Assembly: GCA_965205265.1 (NCBI GenBank)
Contig: CBDBGH010000003.1
Location: forward strand, 4,768,001-4,832,000
Length of the DNA stretch: 64,000 nucleotides
DNA from: Alphaproteobacteria bacterium
GTDB lineage: Bacteria; Pseudomonadota; Alphaproteobacteria; Bin95
Direction: 5' to 3'
Below, in pieces: positions 39,489-49,557 of the stretch (positions are counted from its first letter, which is position 1; every line of letters begins with the position of its first letter). The translations under genes were made by a program, and so were the position numbers. Below the pieces are notes generated by a model that did no database searches, was not told the origin of the DNA, and saw only the letters and a program-made list of their open reading frames with translations.

Positions 39489-39646
39489 AAGCCTCGTAAT
39501 TGCTTTTGCCGGAGACGCGCAGGTTTACCTGGCTGGCGCTGCGGCGGTCGGCGCTGCGCTGGTGATGCTGGCTCTTGCGGGCCGGTGTGCGAGGGCCTGA
39601 CAATCGGGGCTTGCGGTTCTGGGATGAACCAGTGGAACCCGCTCTT

Positions 39647-40450
39647 TCACGGTTCCGGTGAACCGCGACTGCCACGCCCGAACACCGTGTTCAGCATCAC
39701 CTCGGTGTCACGGTAGTCGGGCGCCTCAATCCTTGCGATCTCGGTTCTCTCGAACGCAAGATCGGGGTTTGCGCGCGCGGCATGCCGGGGCGGCAGGCGT
39801 TCGATCTCTTCCGGATCGAACTTCCGCACGACGCGTTTGCGAGCAAGGGCGACCCCGCCGGTGTGTCTGGCCGGCCAGGTCGTCATCCCCAGCCCGTCCT
39901 CTTCAAGCCACTGCGCGGCTTCGCGCGTGCTCGTGCCCAGCATTCGCTTGTGCCCGTACTTCCATTGCCCGACGCTTTGCACGGCATTCCTGCGGCAATC
40001 CCGGCGCCGGTCCTCAAGCGCGACGATGGCGCCCGCCTCGTCGGGCACCGCGAAGGCCCGGGCATCGAACATGGCAGTGCCGGCGCGCGCCGCATGTCCG
40101 CCGTTGAGGGATGCGATGCTTGCGTTGAAGGAGGTCGTCATGGCCGCAGCGGTCAGGCTGACGAGCTTTTGCAGCTTTCCGCCGAACGGCGGTTGTGCCT
40201 TGCCCTGTGCCCGGAGCACCAGGGTCACCTCGTCGCTCTGCGTATAGGCATGGAGAGCCCCGGTCATACCGAGCGCCGCCTCTGCCGCGGCGACCATGGC
40301 GTCTCTCAGCGAGTCGTCGAACGGGCGCCGGAGCCCCTTTGTCCAGCGGTGGAACCCCCGGCCGTCGAGCCGGACGATCCAGGGGGCGTCGGCGGGCAAT
40401 CTTCTGGCCCACCGGCGTTCCCATTCCTTGGAGAGTGCGTCGTCATGCAC
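39647..40450 (-). CDS. Thg1-like protein (tRNA-His guanylyltransferase / 3'-5' nucleotidyltransferase)
   Basis: IVRLDGRGFH..T....RPFD, YTQSDEVTL, FGGKLQKLVS, FDAR, R..DC.RNAV. Confidence 0.92.
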   Translation of the reverse strand: MHDDALSKEWERRWARRLPADAPWIVRLDGRGFHRWTKGLRRPFDDSLRDAMVAAAEAALGMTGALHAYTQSDEVTLVLRAQGKAQPPFGGKLQKLVSLTAAAMTTSFNASIASLNGGHAARAGTAMFDARAFAVPDEAGAIVALEDRRRDCRRNAVQSVGQWKYGHKRMLGTSTREAAQWLEEDGLGMTTWPARHTGGVALARKRVVRKFDPEEIERLPPRHAARANPDLAFERTEIARIEAPDYRDTEVMLNTVFGRGSRGSPEP

Positions 40451-40493
40451 GGCGGGTGTCCCCCGGGTTCCCTGAAGGAGCGTTGCCAGAAAG

Positions 40494-40540
40494 CCGATAT
40501 GTCCATCCGATTGTCATGTCAATCCGATTGCGCACGAATG
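40494..40540. promoter_or_regulatory. Operator/promoter site 4 between the divergent Thg1-like and family A genes
   Basis: CCATCCGATTG 40503-40513 and CAATCCGATTG 40520-40530; on the minus strand TTGACA-17-TATCGG faces the Thg1-like gene. Confidence 0.65.
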
Positions 40541-40672
40541 GCAAGTCGGGCAGTCGGGACAGTCCGAACCCCCGTGTGACGTGGAGAGTTTTCCGGTTTT
40601 CACGGAAAGCCCGTAGCCTTGGTTCGCGCGCGCTGGGGCGCGTCGTGAACGCGCGGGAGCCGGAGTGGGCGG

Positions 40673-43433
40673 ATGTCTGTCGATGAAGAGGCGCCGGTAA
40701 CGGCCTTCATGCTGGAGCCAGGGGATGCGATCTTCATCGAGGGCGAAGAGGCCGACTACCGGGTGGAGGTCGATTTCGACCCGGAGGTTGCCCCGCCATG
40801 GGAAGGGGTCAGTGACTTTGTGCCGGTTCTGCTCTTCGAGGGGACCCGGGATGTCAGCGTGCGGCAGGTCGGCAGCGATGAGGCAGGGAACCTGAAGGCG
40901 GGCGGCCTGGACATGGTTCCCGTCGAAACCGTCCTGGAGCACCGTGAGGCTTTGCTGGAGTGGGCCGGCGCCAGCCGGAAGGAGGCCCGGGAGTGCGCCA
41001 GGCTAACTGGTGCCAGTGTAGCCGGTGAAAGTCCGGCAGGAAGGAGAAGGTGAGCCACCACTTCCACCCCGAGTCATGGGCCGTCGCTCGCGAGGGCGGG
41101 GGTCAAGCGTTGACAGGGGCGCGTGCGGACAGGGCTATCGAGCACCGAAAGATCCTTAGTCCGGGATGCCGAGACCTTTTCCTCGGTCGAAGGCAGCATC
41201 CGACCCACCGTTATGGCGAGGGGGGTCGGAGTCCCGCGGTGTCCAAGAACCCATGCACGTACGTAAGCACTGCACCGGGACCTGGGAGGTCTCCATGCCA
41301 TCCCGCTGTCGTGGCAGGATCGCAAAGGAAAGGAGTAGTCCGTAACCGATGATGAACGGCATGGAGAAGTCAGACTCGGCCATAGTAGCCGTGAAGCCGG
41401 CGAACAAAGGGGCGTCAGCCTCGGCGGAGCCGGTGGAGCCAAGGGCCGAGCCCAAGGGGAATCCGGAAGGCCAAAGCACGCGCCGGACGCAGAACCGGGA
41501 AAGCGTGTCACAGGCGGCCGACCGGATACGGCAGTTTGTACAAAGGGAACGCAAGGTGCGTCTCACGACGCTCCTTCACCATGTCACGGTCGATGCGCTT
41601 CGCTGGGCGTTCTTCGAGCTAAAGAAGAACGCGGCGGCGGGCGCGGATGGCATGACGTGGCGGATGTACGGGAAGGAACTGGAAGGCCGCTTGGCCGACC
41701 TGCACGACCGCGTGCATTCGGGAGCGTACCGGGCGACGCCATCGCGACGGGTGAACATCCCGAAGCCGGATGGCGGTACACGACCGCTCGGCGTCGCGGC
41801 CATCGAGGACAAGATCGTCCAGAAGGTCGTGGCGGAGATAATCCTGACGCCGATCTACGAGGCGGAGTTCCTGGGGTTCAGCTACGGGTTCCGGCCCGGT
41901 CGTGGGGCGCACAATGCGCTCGATGCGATCGCGGTCGGCATCGACAAGTTCAAGATCAACTGGGTGGTCGATTGCGACATCCGCAAATTCTTCGACACGG
42001 TGTCGAGGGACTGGCTGGTCCGGTTCCTTGAACACCGCATCGCGGACAAGCGGGTCATCAGGCTGATCATCAAGTGGCTGAACGCCGGCGTCATGGAAGA
42101 TGGAGAGAGGCGGGACGACCTGCGGGGGACCCCGCAGGGATCGGTGATTTCGCCGATCCTGGCGAACGTCTACCTGCATTACGTCCTCGATCTCTGGTTC
42201 CATAAGAAGTGGCGCAGCCACGAGGTCTACGGCGACGCGATCATCGTGCGGTACGCCGACGACTTCGTGGTTGGTTTCCAGCACAAGCAGGACGCGGAGC
42301 GATTTCTGGATGCCCTGAAGGAGCGGTTCGGAAGCTTCGAACTGGAACTGCATCCCGACAAGACCCGGCTCATCGAGTTCGGGCGATTTGCCCCTAGAAA
42401 CCGTCGGCGACGAGGGCAGGGCAAACCGGAGACTTTCGACTTTCTGGGCTTCACGCACTACTGCACGGAGACCAGAGGCGGGCGTTTCCAGTTGGGGCGC
42501 AAGCCGGTTGCGGAGCGGATGGCCCGCACACTGAAGCGGATAAAGGAAGCGCTATGCAGCCGAATGCATGACAACGCCGAAGAAACGGCGAGGTGGCTGG
42601 GCAAGGTGCTTGACGGATGGCTGAACTACTTTGCCGTCCCGATGAGCCACCGATACCTGAGCCGCTTCGCCTCGCGCCTGAAGCGGATGTGGATCGCGAT
42701 CACGCGCCGCAGATCGCAACGGGACCGCTTCGGCTGGGCACAGGTCGACAAGTTGACGACCAAGTACTGGCCCAAGGTGGAAATCCGGCACCCGTGGCCG
42801 AACCGACGACTTGCCGTCAGCGTGTATGGGAACAGCGCAACCCGAGGGAGGAGCCGGATGCCTTAGCGGGCACGTCCGGATCTGTGCGGGGGGCGCCGGG
42901 CAACCGGCGTCCCTACCGCGATGGCGGTTCCCGACGGCGACGGTGAAGCGCTGCGGGATTTCCTAGCAGGCAAGATCGATGAAAAGCGGATGCGGATGCT
43001 GAAGGAGGTTGTCAAGCAACCATATGGGGAGATCGATGACTATTTCCTCCTTCTGGAGCGCATGTTTCGGACGGTGGGGATCCCGGCCAGACGGTTTCAG
43101 GTCTCTTCGGAAGGGTATCTCATTGCGTCCTGTCTGATGGCGCTGACGCCGGGATGGCAGGAGTCGGCTCTAGGTGAGTACAGGCCGTGGAACGCCGTCT
43201 CGAGCCCGGACAGGGTTCTGACGGAGAAGTTCGAGACATTCCGCGAGCAGTATCTCGAGTACCGCCAGCGCGGCATCTACATGGTCGAGATCTCGGACGC
43301 CGACACGGAGGAGATCATCGAGGCCGGCGGGAATTTCCGCGATATGGAGGAAGCCGCCGCGTATGCGTCGCGGTTGATTCGGGACTGTGAAGCGCGCGAC
43401 GCGAAGGAGAGGGAGGCGGGCCCGGAGCCCTGA
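40673..43433 (+). CDS. Cargo paralog family A, member 3, split by a group II intron (exons 40673-40992 and 42923-43433)
   Basis: Exon join GA|G gives ...KEARE-AVPDGD... and a 276-aa ORF colinear with the 279-aa neighbour at 43518. Confidence 0.85.
40993..42922 (+). mobile_element. Group II intron (1930 nt)
   Basis: 5' GTGCG; domain V GAGCCGGATGCCTTAGCGGGCACGTCCGGATC; domain VI ending CCCTACCGCGAT. Confidence 0.92.
41349..42866 (+). CDS. ltrA: Group II intron reverse transcriptase/maturase without an endonuclease domain
   Basis: IPKPDGGTRPLG, FSYGFRPGR, DIRKFFD, GTPQG, RYADD, FDFLGF, GWLNYF. Confidence 0.95.
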   Translation: MMNGMEKSDSAIVAVKPANKGASASAEPVEPRAEPKGNPEGQSTRRTQNRESVSQAADRIRQFVQRERKVRLTTLLHHVTVDALRWAFFELKKNAAAGADGMTWRMYGKELEGRLADLHDRVHSGAYRATPSRRVNIPKPDGGTRPLGVAAIEDKIVQKVVAEIILTPIYEAEFLGFSYGFRPGRGAHNALDAIAVGIDKFKINWVVDCDIRKFFDTVSRDWLVRFLEHRIADKRVIRLIIKWLNAGVMEDGERRDDLRGTPQGSVISPILANVYLHYVLDLWFHKKWRSHEVYGDAIIVRYADDFVVGFQHKQDAERFLDALKERFGSFELELHPDKTRLIEFGRFAPRNRRRRGQGKPETFDFLGFTHYCTETRGGRFQLGRKPVAERMARTLKRIKEALCSRMHDNAEETARWLGKVLDGWLNYFAVPMSHRYLSRFASRLKRMWIAITRRRSQRDRFGWAQVDKLTTKYWPKVEIRHPWPNRRLAVSVYGNSATRGRSRMP

Positions 43434-43517
43434 CGGGCAGCCCCCGAGGCCGGGGCTGAATGCGCGAATGTTGGTGGATAGCTCGCTGGAGGCAGCGGGC
43501 GGATCGAGGAGGCCGAT

Positions 43518-44357
43518 ATGGCTGACGAGACGGTGAAAGGCCCGGTGACGGCGGACATGCTGGAGCCTGGGAAGGAAATCCAGGTCGGCGATTGCCGGGT
43601 GCGGTTCGACTACGATATGGACATCGAGGCGCCCTGGGAGGAAACGCCCTCCGACTTCCTTCCGGTACTGCTGTTCGAGACCAACCGGAGGATGGAATGC
43701 TTCCAGATCGGTGCCGGGCGCCACGAAGACTGGCTCGCCGGCGGTGGCCTCGACATGGTTCCCCTGGACGTCATCGCGTCGCATCGCGAAAGCTTGCTGG
43801 GTCTGGTCTGCGACAACCGGGAGGAGCTGGAGGAACTGCAGGAATACGATTCCGAGTACAGGCAGGTGTACCGGGGCGGCGACTACGACGAAAGGGAGAT
43901 GCTTCGGGAGTTCCTCTGGAAGAAGCTCGAGGAAAAGCGCCCGGACCCGAAATACGGGGAGTATGAGCGGCCGCATGAGGCGATGCGGGACTGGTTCGGG
44001 CGTCTTGAGGGACTGTTCTGCGAGGTCGGGATCCCGGCGGAGGAATTCCGGGTGACGACGGCCCGGGAGGTGACGTCCTGCCTGGCGGTGCTTACGCCGA
44101 AGTGGCATGCGGAGGCACCCGGCGCCGCCGAACGTCCGTCTCCGGACGGTCTGCTGCACAAGAAGGTGGCTGAGTTTTCCGAGGTGTACAGGAAATATCG
44201 CAACGGCGAGGTTTATCTGGTGGATGTGTTTTCCGAGGCTGGCGACATCCCGGTCGACGCCTGCGGCGGTTTCTATGATCGTGAGGAGGCCGCGGCTTTC
44301 GCCTCCGAGACGGTCCAGGGTTTCGAGGCCGACGCGGAGGCCGATCCCGAGCCGTGA
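43518..44357 (+). CDS. Cargo paralog family A, member 4
   Basis: VTADMLEPG...APWE..SDFLPVLLF; YRNGEVY...CGGFY; ends DPEP. Confidence 0.75.
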   Translation: MADETVKGPVTADMLEPGKEIQVGDCRVRFDYDMDIEAPWEETPSDFLPVLLFETNRRMECFQIGAGRHEDWLAGGGLDMVPLDVIASHRESLLGLVCDNREELEELQEYDSEYRQVYRGGDYDEREMLREFLWKKLEEKRPDPKYGEYERPHEAMRDWFGRLEGLFCEVGIPAEEFRVTTAREVTSCLAVLTPKWHAEAPGAAERPSPDGLLHKKVAEFSEVYRKYRNGEVYLVDVFSEAGDIPVDACGGFYDREEAAAFASETVQGFEADAEADPEP

Positions 44358-44543
44358 TCCGGCCCGGCTGCGGCACCTCCCGATCTCATCGTCCAGGCCG
44401 GGACTGCGGCCGCGCTGACGAGCAGGGGTTTCTCGCGGCGGTGCCCTCCACCCTGAAGGACGCGGCCTCTCCAGCCCGGTCCTTCCCTCCGTTCGTCAGC
44501 GTCTCCCGGTGTTTCCGGGCCTTCACGAATGGCGTATAGAATT

Positions 44544-45870
44544 CCTGACTTCGACGGTTGGGCTGACTTCTGACCGATCTCGCGTCTGGAGTTTTCAGTA
44601 AAGCCAATGAGTTGGCAGTTGCGGTGCGGTCAAGCTGCGTTGTAGTGCCTAGTAAATCTTTGAGACTGTCAATGCCTCCGCCACGCGCTACACTCCCCCC
44701 ATGTTCGTGCGCATCAAGACCTCCCCCAACAGCCCGCGACGCTCGGTCCAGATCGTCGAGGCCGTGCGCGACGGCGGCAAGGTCCGACAGCGCATCGTCC
44801 GCCATGTCGGCGTGGCCATGGACGAGGACGAGCTCGAGCGCCTGAGGCAGCTCGGCGAGTACGTCAAGGCGAAGCTGGAGGACGAGCGTCAGCCGGCATT
44901 GTTTGCGCCCGAGAAGATCGCTGAGCAGGCGATCCGTGTCGGCCGCCGGGGGGACGGCAAGGAGGAACTCCCGGTCGACCTCAAGCAGCTTGAAGAGGAG
45001 CAGCGCCTGATCACAGGCATCCACGAGGTCTATGGCGAGATCTCCTGCTGGGCCTCGACGCGCTGCTGCCGCGCTCGCGCTACCGGGCCTCCCATGACGC
45101 GCTGTTCCATGTGGTGATGGCGCGGGTAGCCAACCCCGACAGCAAGCGGGGCAGCGTGCGCCGGCTAGGAGGACTTCGGCGTGAGTCTTCCGCTCGAGAA
45201 GGTCTACCGGATGATGGATCAGCTCGACGCGACCCGAAATACGGGGAGTATGAGCGGCCGCATGAGGCGATGCGGGACTGGTTCGGGCGTCTTGAGGGAC
45301 TGTTCTGCGAGGTCGGGATCCCGGCGGAGGAATTCCGGGTGACGACGGCCCGGGAGGTGCTGGGGCAGGTTCTCGCTCGTCCTGCCTGGCGGTGCTTACG
45401 CCGAAGTGGCATGCGGAGGCACCCGGCGCCGCCGAACGTCCGTCTCCGGACGGTCTGCTGCACAAGAAGGTGGCTGAGTTTTCCGAGGTGTACATCGCCT
45501 TCCTGGCCTTCGCCTGCGGAAATATCGCAACGGCGAGGTTTATCTGGTGGATGTGTTTTCCGAGGCTGGCGACATCCCGGTCGACGCCTGCGGCGGTTTC
45601 TATGATCGTGAGGAGGCCGCGGCTTTCGCCTCCGAGACGGTCCAGGGTTTCGAGGCCGACGCGGAGGCCGATCCCGAGCCGTGATCCGGCCCGGCTGCGG
45701 CACCTCCCGATCTCATCGTCCAGGCCGGGACTGCGGCCGCGCTGACGAGCAGGGGTTTCTCGCGGCGGTGCCCTCCACCCTGAAGGACGCGGCCTCTCCA
45801 GCCCGGTCCTTCCCTCCGTTCGTCAGCGTCTCCCGGTGTTTCCGGGCCTTCACGAATGGCGTATAGAATT
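44544..45870 (+). other. Mosaic of a partial IS1634 and a second copy of the family A4 3' region; probable assembly chimera
   Basis: IS 5' part (44544 to about 45230, with small deletions) joins sequence matching 43944-44543, which is interrupted by short IS-derived patches. Confidence 0.8.
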
Positions 45871-47786
45871 CCTGACTTCGACGGTTGGGCTGACTTCTGA
45901 CCGATCTCGCGTCTGGAGTTTTCAGTAAAGCCAATGAGTTGGCAGTTGCGGTGCGGTCAAGCTGCGTTGTAGTGCCTAGTAAATCTTTGAGACTGTCAAT
46001 GCCTCCGCCACGCGCTACACTCCCCCCATGTTCGTGCGCATCAAGACCTCCCCCAACAGCCCGCGACGCTCGGTCCAGATCGTCGAGGCCGTGCGCGACG
46101 GCGGCAAGGTCCGACAGCGCATCGTCCGCCATGTCGGCGTGGCCATGGACGAGGACGAGCTCGAGCGCCTGAGGCAGCTCGGCGAGTACGTCAAGGCGAA
46201 GCTGGAGGACGAGCGTCAGCCGGCATTGTTTGCGCCCGAGAAGATCGCTGAGCAGGCGATCCGTGTCGGCCGCCGGGGGGACGGCAAGGAGGAACTCCCG
46301 GTCGACCTCAAGCAGCTTGAAGAGGAGCAGCGCCTGATCACAGGCATCCACGAGGTCTATGGCGAGATCTACCGGCTGCTGGGCCTCGACGCGCTGCTGC
46401 CGCGCTCGCGCTACCGGGCCTCCCATGACGCGCTGTTCCATGTGGTGATGGCGCGGGTAGCCAACCCCGACAGCAAGCGGGGCAGCGTGCGCCGGCTCGA
46501 GGAGGACTTCGGCGTGAGTCTTCCGCTCGAGAAGGTCTACCGGATGATGGATCAGCTCGACGCGACGGTGATCGAGCGACTGCGCACGCGCGTCGGCGAG
46601 GCGAGCCGGTCGCTGCTGCCGGAGCCGGTCGCGATCCTCTTCTTCGATTGCACCACGCTCTACTTCGAGACGGCCGCCGAGGACGAGCTTCGCCAGCACG
46701 GCTTCAGCAAGGACGGCAAACACAAGGACTCGCAGGTTCTGCTGGCGCTGATGGTGACGCGCGAAGGGCTGCCGATCAGCTACGAGGTCTTCCCCGGCGC
46801 CACCTACGAGGGACACAGCATGGTCCCGGTCCTGCAGGACATGCAGCGCCGCCACCAGGTGGAGCGCACGGTATGCGTGGCCGACCGGGGCATGCTGAGC
46901 GCCGACAACCTCGACGCCATGGACGCCATCGGCGGCGAGTATGTCGTCGGCGCGCGGCTGCGCAAGCTGCCGCTCGCGCTGCTGGGGCAGGTTCTCGACC
47001 CCGGGACCTATGCCCCGCTGGAGGGCTCACAGGACCGCCGGGTCGGCGAGTGGGAGTACAAGGGCCGTCGCCTGATCGTCGTCTTCTGCCCCCAGCGCGC
47101 ACGCAAGGACGCGCACGAGCGCCGCCATCAGGTGGAACGCCTGCTCGACAGGCTGGCCCGCAGCGACAATCCCAGGGAACTGCTCTCCAATCACGGGGCG
47201 AAGCGCTTCATCGCCGTCGAGGGCGACGCACGGCTCACGGTGAACCCGGAGAAGATCGCCGAGGCCGCACGATGGGACGGGCTCACCGGCGTCATCACCA
47301 ATCTGCGCGACGCGCGCGTCACCGAAGTGATGGCTCACTACCAGGGGCTCTGGCAGGTCGAGGAGAGCTTCCGGATCACCAAACACGACCTGAAGATACG
47401 TCCCATCTGGCACTGGAACCCGGACCGGATCCGCGCTCACATCGCCATCGCCTTCCTGGCCTTCGCCTGCGTTCGACACCTTGCGTACCGCGTCGCCATC
47501 CAGAAGCGGCGGATGTCCCCGGAGGTCATCCGCTCCGCCCTCGTCCACCGCCAGTGCTCCCTGCTGCGCTGTCGGCAATCGGGCAACCGCTACGTCATCC
47601 CCTCGAAGCCGACACCGGCGGCGGAGCAGATTTACGCAACCATGGGGCTGCCCCTGACGATCACCCCGTATCAACTCGCCTGACCGTCGACGAAGCACGG
47701 CTCGAAGAAATGCCGGATGTAGTGCCTAGCCGAAATGAGAACCAGGCAATATCAACTACTTATGCGAATCAACCGTCGAAGTCAGG
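45871..47786 (+). mobile_element. IS1634-family insertion sequence, copy 2 (1916 bp)
   Basis: Same inverted repeats and same transposase as copy 1; flanked by a 287-bp direct repeat. Confidence 0.93.
46028..47683 (+). CDS. tnp: IS1634-family transposase
   Basis: Protein identical to 12693-14348. Confidence 0.95.
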   Translation: MFVRIKTSPNSPRRSVQIVEAVRDGGKVRQRIVRHVGVAMDEDELERLRQLGEYVKAKLEDERQPALFAPEKIAEQAIRVGRRGDGKEELPVDLKQLEEEQRLITGIHEVYGEIYRLLGLDALLPRSRYRASHDALFHVVMARVANPDSKRGSVRRLEEDFGVSLPLEKVYRMMDQLDATVIERLRTRVGEASRSLLPEPVAILFFDCTTLYFETAAEDELRQHGFSKDGKHKDSQVLLALMVTREGLPISYEVFPGATYEGHSMVPVLQDMQRRHQVERTVCVADRGMLSADNLDAMDAIGGEYVVGARLRKLPLALLGQVLDPGTYAPLEGSQDRRVGEWEYKGRRLIVVFCPQRARKDAHERRHQVERLLDRLARSDNPRELLSNHGAKRFIAVEGDARLTVNPEKIAEAARWDGLTGVITNLRDARVTEVMAHYQGLWQVEESFRITKHDLKIRPIWHWNPDRIRAHIAIAFLAFACVRHLAYRVAIQKRRMSPEVIRSALVHRQCSLLRCRQSGNRYVIPSKPTPAAEQIYATMGLPLTITPYQLA

Positions 47787-48073
47787 ACGCCTGCGGCGGT
47801 TTCTATGATCGTGAGGAGGCCGCGGCTTTCGCCTCCGAGACGGTCCAGGGTTTCGAGGCCGACGCGGAGGCCGATCCCGAGCCGTGATCCGGCCCGGCTG
47901 CGGCACCTCCCGATCTCATCGTCCAGGCCGGGACTGCGGCCGCGCTGACGAGCAGGGGTTTCTCGCGGCGGTGCCCTCCACCCTGAAGGACGCGGCCTCT
48001 CCAGCCCGGTCCTTCCCTCCGTTCGTCAGCGTCTCCCGGTGTTTCCGGGCCTTCACGAATGGCGTATAGAATT
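47787..48073 (+). repeat. 287-bp direct repeat (also at 45584-45870 and 44257-44543)
   Basis: ACGCCTGCGG...GTATAGAATT abuts both ends of IS1634 copy 2. Confidence 0.9.
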
Positions 48074-48142
48074 CTGCCGGACGGAATGCCCCGGGGTGTC
48101 GGGCGGTGGGCGGTGCACAGCCGAAGCGGGCAGAAATTATGC

Positions 48143-48180
48143 CGTCTTGATTGACATAACAATCGGATTATGCTAATAAT
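48143..48180 (+). promoter_or_regulatory. Operator/promoter site 5
   Basis: TTGACA-17-TAATAA with CAATCGGATTA 48160-48170 in the spacer. Confidence 0.7.
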
Positions 48181-48214
48181 AGGGACCTGCTCCTGCATGC
48201 CGGAAGTTCCTGTC

Positions 48215-49256
48215 ATGACCTCCTCGACGATGTTCCTGGAAAGAACGGGTGACGATGTATTCGTGGTGCATGGCGGCATCTGCGACGGCGCGCGGATCCG
48301 CGTCGAGCGCCGGCCGGTCGCGGAGGAAGACAGCCGCTCGTCCTATAGGGGCAATGGCCGCCCAAGCAAGGATGGCTGGCGTGTGGTCGGTGGAGGAAAG
48401 GCGAGCATCCAGGATATCGAGGCGGGCGTGGATCTGTGCCCGGTAATCGACACGCCCGAGCCGCAGAATCATCATTCGGCCAACGATGCGCGCGGCGCGC
48501 TCGAGCAGTATTTCGGGCTCGAGGCGGTCGTGCAGACGATCGAGCGGTCGAACTATCCGCCCCTGCTCTCGCGCTTCTGCCTGGAATCGGTCCGGACGGT
48601 GCGGCCGGACTATCCGGACCCGCCTGCGCGGGTCCAGAGATGGCCGTCGGGAGAGTGGACGGACGAGTTTGACGGCGTCTGGCGGATCTGGGCCGGGGGG
48701 GCTGAAGCACCTTCGGGCCGCACCGAACGCGACGGCGCGCATCGCGGCCCTGGAGTTCGCCGTGAAGCGGGCCGCCGGCGACGCCGAGTGCCATGGCTGG
48801 TTCGCCGAGCACTGGCAGGCTTTCGAGCGGTTCCCCTGGTATGAGGAGCTGCCCGAGGTCAGCGGTGTGCAGATTGTCGGCAATGCCCGCAAGCGGGCCG
48901 AGGAGCCGGGCGTGCATGTGCTCCGGCGCCTGACGGTGGAGATCACGGCGAAAGGGCTTCAGGAACGCCGGCGGATGCGTGTTCCGATGTGGCTCGTTAA
49001 CCACAGGACCCTTCTGGTGGAGAGCGGCTTCGATCCGGCGGTCGAGGATGTGGCCGGGCTCATCCGGGCCTGGTCTTCGGATGGCGGCTACGGGCGTGAC
49101 TACGAGGCGGAGGCGGTCAAGCTTCTGGGGCAGGCCGGCGAGCGTGCCATCCACGCGGAGATGGAGCGCAAGTTCACCGAGGAACTGTCCCGTCGGGTCG
49201 GACCGGACCTCGAGGTGACGGTCTCCATCAGGCCGAAAGAGACAGGGGATGGGTGA
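48215..49256 (+). pseudogene. Hypothetical gene frameshifted at a G7 tract (48695-48701)
   Basis: Removing one G joins ...VWRIWAGG to LKHLRAAP..., giving one ORF that ends at 49256. Confidence 0.55.
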
Positions 49257-49557
49257 GGCTCCGGAAAGCCATATCCCGCCCGTGATCGGGATCGGCGGGC
49301 ATTACTGGCATGCGCCGCCGGAGCCCGGGGACCGTGTCTTCCGCCGGACGACGCGCGGCTTCCTGGAGCGGCATCCCGAAGTGGTCCCGGTCTGGCTGGA
49401 AGCCCGATGCGATGCCTGTGGCTATGCCGAGCGCCTGTATTGCGACGACGAGGTCTGGGACGGGTGCGAAGGCTCGCTGGGCCATTCGCCATGCGGACGG
49501 CGCCCGGTCCCCTACAGGCCGGTCGGGGAAGGCCGGTCAGGGCAGGAGGCACGATGA
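49249..49557 (+). CDS. Small Cys-containing protein
   Basis: Overlapping start and stop with neighbours; CDAC...C...C. Confidence 0.55.
   Translation: MGEAPESHIPPVIGIGGHYWHAPPEPGDRVFRRTTRGFLERHPEVVPVWLEARCDACGYAERLYCDDEVWDGCEGSLGHSPCGRRPVPYRPVGEGRSGQEAR

Noticed and set aside
41349-42866. RT as a retron, DGR or defence RT
   Set aside because: It lies within recognisable group II intron boundaries (GTGCG start, domains V and VI) and has a maturase region.
42921-43433. Independent 170-aa gene starting at ATG 42921
   Set aside because: The AT belongs to the intron 3' end; the ORF is exon 2 of A3.
44257-48073. Three 287-bp repeats as a CRISPR array, iteron set or DGR template/variable pair
   Set aside because: The copies look identical and are explained by an IS target duplication plus a probable chimera; there are no spacers and no A-specific mismatches.
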